Shown piece after piece: positions 55,380-64,000 of a DNA stretch of 64,000 nucleotides. Origin of the DNA: Auanema rhodensis (taxonomy: Eukaryota > Animalia > Nematoda); NCBI GenBank assembly GCA_964057225.1, contig OZ059896.1, positions 2,914,001 to 2,978,000 on the forward strand, given 5' to 3'. Position 1 is the first letter of the stretch, and each line of letters opens with the position of its first letter. The translations under genes and the position numbers were made by a program. Under the pieces are notes generated by a model. The model saw only the letters and a program-made list of their open reading frames with translations. It had not been told where the DNA came from and did not search any database.

Positions 55380-58300
55380 CACCGAGATATGAACTGATAT
55401 AAGTTCACACTTATATCCTCGATTTTCACCCTGAAGAATTAATTTTTTCGTTGAATTACATTGTCCATCGTTTTTGCCTTGAAAAAAGGAATCTAAAAAC
55501 ATCTACTTTTCGCTAAATTATTTTGAAATTTTTCGAAAAAATTTTTGTCAAAATGTTTTTGGAAGCAATTTTGAGTGTACATGGAAACTCAACATACACT
55601 AATGCATCATTTTTCAAACGATCATAACTTATTTTTGTATTAAGCTTTCCTCAATGTAATATAGTGCATTCGATGCGGATTTTTAAGCTGCGTCGATCTG
55701 TGTTATCAGATTTGCGCTAGCTTAAAAATGCACCGAGATATCAACTGATATAAGTTCACACTTATATCCTCGATTTTCTCCCTGAAGAATTAATTTTTTC
55801 GTTGAATAACATCGTCCATCGTTTTTGCCTTGAAAGAAAGAATCTAAAAACATCTACTTTTTGCTAAATTATTTTGAAATTTTTCGAAAAAATTTTGTCA
55901 AAATGTTTTTGGAAGCAATGTTGAGTGTACATGGAAACTCAACATACACTAATGCATCATTTTTCAAACGATCATAACTAATTTTTGTGATGAGCGTTTC
56001 TCCATGTAGTATAATGCATTCGATGCGGATTTTTAAGCTGCGTCGATCTATGTTATCAGATTTGCGCTAGCTTAAAAATGCACCGAGATATCAACTGATA
56101 TAAGTTCACACTTATATCCTCGATTTTCACCCTGAAGAATTAATTTTTTCGTTGAATAACATTGTCCATCGTTTTTGCCTTGAAAGAAGAAATCTAAAAA
56201 CATCTACTTTTTGCGAAATTATTTTGAAATTTTTCGAAAAAATTTTGTCAAAATGTTTTTGGAAGCAATTTTGAGTGTACATGGAAACTCAACATACACT
56301 AATGCATCATTTTTCAAACGATCGTAACTAATTTTTGTATTAAGCTTTTCTTAATGTAGTATAGTGCATTCGATGCGGACTTTTAAGCTGCGTCGATCTG
56401 TGTTATCAGATTTGCGCTAGCTTAAAAATGCACCGAGATATTAACTGATATAAGTTCACACTTATATCCTCGATTTTCACCCTGAAGAATTAATTTTTTC
56501 GTTGAATAACATTGTCCATCGTTTTTGCCTTGAAAGAAGGAATCTAAAAACATCTACTTTTTGCTAAATTATTTTGAAATTTTTCGAAAAAATTTTGTCA
56601 AAATGTTTTTGGAAGCAATGTTGAGTGTACATGGAAACTCAACATACACTAATGCATCATTTTTCAAACGATCATAACTTATTTTTGTATTAAGCGTTTC
56701 TCAATGTAGTATAGTGCATTCGATGCGGATTTTTAAGCTGCGTCGATCTGTACTATCAGATTTGCGCTAGCTTGAAAATGCACCGAGATATCAACTGATA
56801 TAAGTTCACACTTATATCCTCGATTTTCACCCTGAAGAATTAATTTTTTCGTTGAATAACATTGTCCATCGTTTTTGCCTCAAAAAAAGGAATCTAAAAA
56901 CATCTACTTTTTGCGAAATTATTTTGAAATTTTTCGAAAAAATTTTGTCAAAATGTTTTTGGAAGCAATGTTGAGTGTACATGGAAACTCAACATACACT
57001 AATGCATCATTTTTCAAACGATCATAACTAATTTTTGTGATGAGCGTTTCTCCATGTAGTATAATGCATTCGATGCGGATTTTTAAGCTGCGTCGATCTA
57101 TGTTATCAGATTTGCGCTAGCTTAAAAATGCACCGAGATATCAACTGATATAAGTTCACACTTATATCCTCGATTTTCACCCTGAAGAATTAATTTTTTC
57201 GTTGAATAACATTGTCCATCGTTTTTGCCTTGAAAGAAGAAATCTAAAAACATCTACTTTTTGCGAAATTATTTTGAAATTTTTCGAAAAAATTTTGTCA
57301 AAATGTTTTTGGAAGCAATTTTGAGTGTACATGGAAACTCAACATACACTAATGCATCATTTTTCAAACGATCGTAACTAATTTTTGTATTAAGCTTTTC
57401 TTAATGTAGTATAGTGCATTCGATGCGGACTTTTAAGCTGCGTCGATCTGTGTTATCAGATTTGCGCTAGCTTAAAAATGCACCGAGATATGAACTGATA
57501 TAAGTTCACACTTATATCCTCGATTTTCACCCTGAAGAATTAATTTTTTCGTTGAATTACATTGTCCATCGTTTTTGCCTTGAAAAAAGGAATCTAAAAA
57601 CATCTACTTTTCGCTAAATTATTTTGAAATTTTTCGAAAAAATTTTTGTCAAAATGTTTTTGGAAGCAATTTTGAGTGTACATGGAAACTCAACATACAC
57701 TAATGCATCATTTTTCAAACGATCATAACTTATTTTTGTATTAAGCTTTCCTCAATGTAATATAGTGCATTCGATGCGGATTTTTAAGCTGCGTCGATCT
57801 GTGTTATCAGATTTGCGCTAGCTTAAAAATGCACCGAGATATCAACTGATATAAGTTCACACTTATATCCTCGATTTTCTCCCTGAAGAATTAATTTTTT
57901 CGTTGAATAACATCGTCCATCGTTTTTGCCTTGAAAGAAGGAATCTAAAAACATCTACTTTTTGCTAAATTATTTTGAAATTTTTCGAAAAAATTTTGTC
58001 AAAATGTTTTTGGAAGCAATGTTGAGTGTACATGGAAACTCAACATACACTAATGCATCATTTTTCAAACGATCATAACTAATTTTTGTGATGAGCGTTT
58101 CTCCATGTAGTATAATGCATTCGATGCGGATTTTTAAGCTGCGTCGATCTATGTTATCAGATTTGCGCTAGCTTAAAAATGCACCGAGATATCAACTGAT
58201 ATAAGTTCACACTTATATCCTCGATTTTCACCCTGAAGAATTAATTTTTTCGTTGAATAACATTGTCCATCGTTTTTGCCTTGAAAGAAGAAATCTAAAA

Positions 58301-59581
58301 ACATCTACTTTTTGCGAAATTATTTTGAAATTTTTCGAAAAAATTTTGTCAAAATGTTTTTGGAAGCAATTTTGAGTGTACATGGAAACTCAACATACAC
58401 TAATGCATCATTTTTCAAACGATCGTAACTAATTTTTGTATTAAGCTTTTCTTAATGTAGTATAGTGCATTCGATGCGGACTTTTAAGCTGCGTCGATCT
58501 GTGTTATCAGATTTGCGCTAGCTTAAAAATGCACCGAGATATTAACTGATATAAGTTCACACTTATATCCTCGATTTTCACCCTGAAGAATTAATTTTTT
58601 CGTTGAATAACATTGTCCATCGTTTTTGCCTTGAAAGAAGGAATCTAAAAACATCTACTTTTTGCTAAATTATTTTGAAATTTTTCGAAAAAATTTTGTC
58701 AAAATGTTTTTGGAAGCAATGTTGAGTGTACATGGAAACTCAACATACACTAATGCATCATTTTTCAAACGATCATAACTTATTTTTGTATTAAGCGTTT
58801 CTCAATGTAGTATAGTGCATTCGATGCGGATTTTTAAGCTGCGTCGATCTGTACTATCAGATTTGCGCTAGCTTGAAAATGCACCGAGATATCAACTGAT
58901 ATAAGTTCACACTTATATCCTCGATTTTCACCCTGAAGAATTAATTTTTTCGTTGAATAACATTGTCCATCGTTTTTGCCTCAAAAAAAGGAATCTAAAA
59001 ACATCTACTTTTTGCGAAATTATTTTGAAATTTTTCGAAAAAATTTTGTCAAAATGTTTTTGGAAGCAATGTTGAGTGTACATGGAAACTCAACATACAC
59101 TAATGCATCATTTTTCAAACGATCATAACTAATTTTTGTGATGAGCGTTTCTCCATGTAGTATAATGCATTCGATGCGGATTTTTAAGCTGCGTCGATCT
59201 ATGTTATCAGATTTGCGCTAGCTTAAAAATGCACCGAGATATCAACTGATATAAGTTCACACTTATATCCTCGATTTTCACCCTGAAGAATTAATTTTTT
59301 CGTTGAATAACATTGTCCATCGTTTTTGCCTTGAAAGAAGAAATCTAAAAACATCTACTTTTTGCGAAATTATTTTGAAATTTTTCGAAAAAATTTTGTC
59401 AAAATGTTTTTGGAAGCAATTTTGAGTGTACATGGAAACTCAACATACACTAATGCATCATTTTTCAAACGATCGTAACTAATTTTTGTATTAAGCTTTT
59501 CTTAATGTAGTATAGTGCATTCGATGCGGACTTTTAAGCTGCGTCGATCTGTGTTATCAGATTTGCGCTAGCTTAAAAATG
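55380..59581 (+). repeat. 6-monomer duplication (2101 bp) with an internal 3-monomer periodicity
   Basis: GATATGAA+GAATTACA+CTTTTCGC monomers lie at 55380 and 57481. ATCGTAAC with GAAGAAATC recurs at ~56321, ~57371, ~58422 and ~59472 (1050/1051 spacing). Confidence 0.88.
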
Positions 59582-62500
59582 CACCGAGATATTAACTGAT
59601 ATAAGTTCACACTTATATCCTCGATTTTCACCCTGAAGAATTAATTTTTTCGTTGAATAACATTGTCCATCGTTTTTGCCTTGAAAGAAGGAATCTAAAA
59701 ACATCTACTTTTTGCTAAATTATTTTGAAATTTTTCGAAAAAATTTTGTCAAAATGTTTTTGGAAGCAATGTTGAGTGTACATGGAAACTCAACATACAC
59801 TAATTCATCATTTTTCAAACGATCATAACTAATTTTTGTGATGAGCGTTTCTCCATGTAGTATAATGCATTCGATGCGGATTTTTAAGCTGCGTCGATCT
59901 GTGTTATCAGATTTGCGCTAGCTTAAAAATGCACCGAGATATCAACTGATATAAGTTCACACTTATATCCTCGATTTTCACCCTGAAGAATTAATTTTTT
60001 CGTTGAATAACATTGTCCATCGTTTTTGCCTTGAAAGAAGGAATCTAAAAACATCTACTTTTTGCTAAATTATTTTGAAATTTTTCGAAAAAATTTTTGT
60101 CAAAATGTTTTTGGAAGCAATTTTGAGTGTACATGGAAACTCAACATACACTAATGCATCATTTTTCAAACAATCATAACTAATTTTTGTATTAAGCTTT
60201 CCTCAATGTAATATAGTGCATTCGATGCGGTTTTTTAAGCTGCGTCGATCTGTGTTATCAGATTTGCGCTAGCTTAAAAATGCACCGAGATATCAACTGA
60301 TATAAGTTCACACTTATATCCTCGATTTTCACCCTGAAGAATTAATTTTTTCGTTGAATAACATTGTCCATCGTTTTTGCCTTAAAAAAAGGAATCTAAA
60401 AACATCTACTTTTTGCTAAATTATTTTGAAATTTTTCGAAAAAATTTTTGTCAAAATGTTTTTGGAAGCAATTTTGAGTGTACATGGAAACTCAACATAC
60501 ACTAATGCATCATTTTTCAAACGATCATAACTAATTTTTGTATTAAGCTTTCCTCAATGTAATATAGTGCATTCGATGCGGATTTTTAAGCTGCGTCGAT
60601 CTGTGTTATCAGATTTGCGCTAGCTTAAAAATGCACCTAGATATCATCTGATATAAGTTCACACTTGTATCCTCGATTTTCACCCTGAAGAATTAATTTT
60701 TTCGTTGAATAACATTGTCCATCGTTTTTGCCTTGAAAAAAAGAATCTAAAAACATCTACTTTTTGCTAAATTATTTTGAAATTTTTCGAAAAAATTTTT
60801 GTCAAAATGTTTTTGGAAGCAATGTTGAGTGTACATGGAAACTCAACATACACTAATGCATCATTTTTCAAACGATCATAACTAATTTTTGTATAAAGCT
60901 TTTCTTAATGTAGTATAGTGCTTTCGATGCGGACTTTTAAGCTGCGTCGATCTATGTTATCAGATTTGCGCTAGCTTAAAAATGCACCGAGATATCAACT
61001 GATATAAGTTCACACTTATATCCTCGATTTTCACCCTGAAGAATTAATTTTTTCGTTGAATAACATTGTCCATCGTTTTTGCCTCGAAAAAAGGAATCTA
61101 AAAACATCTACTTTTTGCTAAATTATTTTGAAATTTTTCGAAAAAATTTTTGTCAAAATGTTTTTGGAAGCAATTTTGAGTGTACATGGAAACTCAACAT
61201 ACACTAATGCATCATTTTTCAAACGATCATAACTAATTTTTGTGATGAGCGTTTCTCCATGTAGTATGGTGCATTCGATGCGGACTTTTAAGCTGCGTCG
61301 ATCTATGTTATCAGATTTGCGCTAGCTTAAAAATGCACCGAGATATCAACTGATATAAGTTCACACTTATATCCTCGATTTTCACCCTGAAGAATTAATT
61401 TTTTCGTTGAATAACATTGTCCATCGTTTTTGCCTCAAAAAAAGGAATCTAAAAACATCTACTTTTTGCGAAATTATTTTGAAATTTTTCGAAAAAATTT
61501 TGTCAAAATGTTTTTGGAAGCAATGTTGAGTGTACATGGAAACTCAACATACACTAATGCATCATTTTTCAAACGATCATAACTAATTTTTGTGATGAGC
61601 GTTTCTCCATGTAGTATAATGCATTCGATGCGGATTTTTAAGCTGCGTCGATCTGTGTTATCAGATTTGCGCTAGCTTAAAAATGCACCGAGATATCAAC
61701 TGATATAAGTTCACACTTATATCCTCGATTTTCACCCTGAAGAATTAATTTTTTCGTTGAATAACATTGTCCATCGTTTTTGACTTGAAAAAAGGAATCT
61801 AAAAACATCTACTTTTTGCTAAATTATTTTGAAATTTTTCGAAAAAATTTTTGTCAAAATGTTTTTGGAAGCAATTTTGAGTGTACATGGAAACTCAACA
61901 TACACTAATGCATCATTTTTCAAACGATCATAACTAATTTTTGTATTAAGCTTTGCTTAATGTAGTATAGTGCATTTGATGCGGACTTTTAAGCTGCGTC
62001 GATCTGTGTTATCAGATTTGCGCTAGCTTAAAAATGCACCGAGATATCAACTGATATAAGTTCACACTTATATCCTCGATTTTCACCCTGAAGAATTAAT
62101 TTTTTCGTTGAATAACATTGTCCATCGTTTTTGCCTTGAAAGAAGGAATCTAAAAACATCTACTTTTTGCTAAATTATTTTGAAATTTTTCGAAAAAATT
62201 TTTGTCAAAATGTTTTTGGAAGCAATTTTGAGTGTACATGGAAACTCAACATACACTAATGCATCATTTTTCAAACAATCATAACTAATTTTTGTATTAA
62301 GCTTTCCTCAATGTACTATAGTGCATTCGATGCGGATTTTTAAGCTGCGTCGATCTGTGTTATCAGATTTGCGCTAGCTTAAAAATGCACCGAGATATCA
62401 ACTGATATAAGTTCACACTTATATCCTCGATTTTCTCCCTGAAGAATTAATTTTTTCGTTGAATAACATTGTCCATCGTTTTTGCCTTGAAAGAAGGAAT

Positions 62501-64000
62501 CTAAAAACATCTACTTTTTGCTAAATTATTTTGAAATTTCTCGAAAAAATTTTTGTCAAAATGTTTTTGGAAGCAATTTTGAGTGTACATGGAAACTCAA
62601 CATACACTAATGCATCATTTTTCAAACGATCATAACTAATTTTTGTATTCAGCTTTTCTCAATGTTATATAGTGCATTCGATGCGGATTTTTAAGCTGCG
62701 TCGATCTGTGTTATCAGATTTGCGCTAGCTTAAAAATGCACCGAGATATCAACTGATATAAGTTCACACTTATATCCTCGATTTTCACCCTGAAGAATTA
62801 ATTTTTTCGTTGAATAACATTGTCCATCGTTTTTGCCTTGAAAGAAGGAATCTAAAAACATCTACTTTTTGCTAAATTATTTTGAAATTTCTCGAAAAAA
62901 TTTTTGTCAAAATGTTTTTGGAAGCAATTTTGAGTGTACATGGAAACTCAACATACACTAATGCATCATTTTTCAAACAATCATAACTAATTTTTATATT
63001 AAGCTTTCCTCAATGTACTATAGTGCATTCGATGCGGATTTTTAAGCTGCGTCGATCTGTGTTATCAGATTTGCGCTAGCTTAAAAATGCACCGAGATAT
63101 CAACTGATATAAGTTCACACTTATATCCTCGATTTTCTCCCTGAAGAATTAATTTTTTCGTTGAATAACATTGTCCATCGTTTTTGCCTCGAAAAAAGGA
63201 ATCTAAAAACATCTACTTTTTGCTAAATTATTTTGAAATTTCTCGAAAAAATTTTTGTCAAAATGTTTTTGGAAGCAATTTTGAGTGTACATGGAAACTC
63301 AACATACACTAATGCATCATTTTTCAAACAATCATAACTAATTTTTATATTAAGCTTTTCTCAATGTAGTATAGTGCATTCGATGCGGATTTTTAAGCTG
63401 CGTCGATCTGTGTTATCAGATTTGCGCTAGCTTAAAAATGCACCGAGATATCAACTGATATAAGTTCACACTTATATCCTCGATTTTCTCCCTGAAGAAT
63501 TAATTTTTTCGTTGAATAACATTGTCCATCGTTTTTGCCTTGAAAGAAGGAATCTAAAAACATCTACTTTTTGCTAAATTATTTTGAAATTTCTCGAAAA
63601 AATTTTTGTCAAAATGTTTTTGGAAGCAATTTTGAGTGTACATGGAAACTCAACATACACTAATGCATCATTTTTCAAACGATCATAACTAATTTTTGTA
63701 TTCAGCTTTTCTCAATGTAATATAGTGCATTCGATGCGGTTTTTTAAGCTGCGTCGATCTGTGTTATCAGATTTGCGCTAGCTTAAAAATGCACCGAGAT
63801 ATCAACTGATATAAGTTCACACTTATATCCTCGATTTTCACCCTGAAGAATTAATTTTTTCGTTGAATAACATTGTCCATCGTTTTTGCCTTAAAAAAAG
63901 GAATCTAAAAACATCTACTTTTTGCTAAATTATTTTGAAATTTTTCGAAAAAATTTTTGTCAAAATGTTTTTGGAAGCAATTTTGAGTGTACATGGAAAC

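Larger units (their letters stand above)
1..64000 (+). repeat. Tandem satellite DNA array, 350/351-bp monomer, ~182 copies, single orientation, runs off both window ends
   Basis: The motif CACCGAGATATCAACTGATATAAG recurs at 1, 351, 701, 1052, 1402, 1753 ... 63441, 63792 with 350-351 bp spacing and no intervening unique sequence. The length exceptions seen are 355 bp (2455, 2810), 352 bp (16136) and 319 bp (31908). Confidence 0.99.
32227..64000 (+). repeat. Right variant domain of the satellite
   Basis: Variants GATATTAAC (first in the monomer at 32227), CTTTCCTC (~32491), TTTTCTCCC (~34022), GGACTTTT (~34276), GATATGAAC (~34686), CTTTGCTT and ATCTATG appear only here. CAATTTTGAG becomes the majority allele. 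Confidence 0.85.

Noticed and set aside
1-64000. CRISPR array or repeat-spacer system
   Set aside because: There are no unique spacers. The entire 350-bp unit is repeated and no cas or other gene is present.

Overview
The whole 64-kb window is one uninterrupted, head-to-tail tandem satellite array of about 182 monomers of 350/351 bp. Monomer 1 is ~32% GC by hand count, and all monomers are on the same strand with only a few differences between them. It looks like eukaryotic (peri)centromeric or heterochromatic satellite DNA, but I do not recognise the family or the organism. I see no credible gene, RNA gene, transposon insertion, inversion or CRISPR array, and the five ORFs in the track are chance readings of the monomer. 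The information lies in the variant pattern. There are two variant domains that meet at a uniquely deleted monomer near 31.9-32.2 kb. Local higher-order duplications have changing periods (4, 5, 6, 9 and 11 monomers, and a 3-in-6 nesting), some blocks are copied 11-18 kb apart, and the monomer is dense in short dyad symmetries. I found no evidence for a novel gene-encoded system. All variant calls were made by eye, so block boundaries are approximate to about one monomer.
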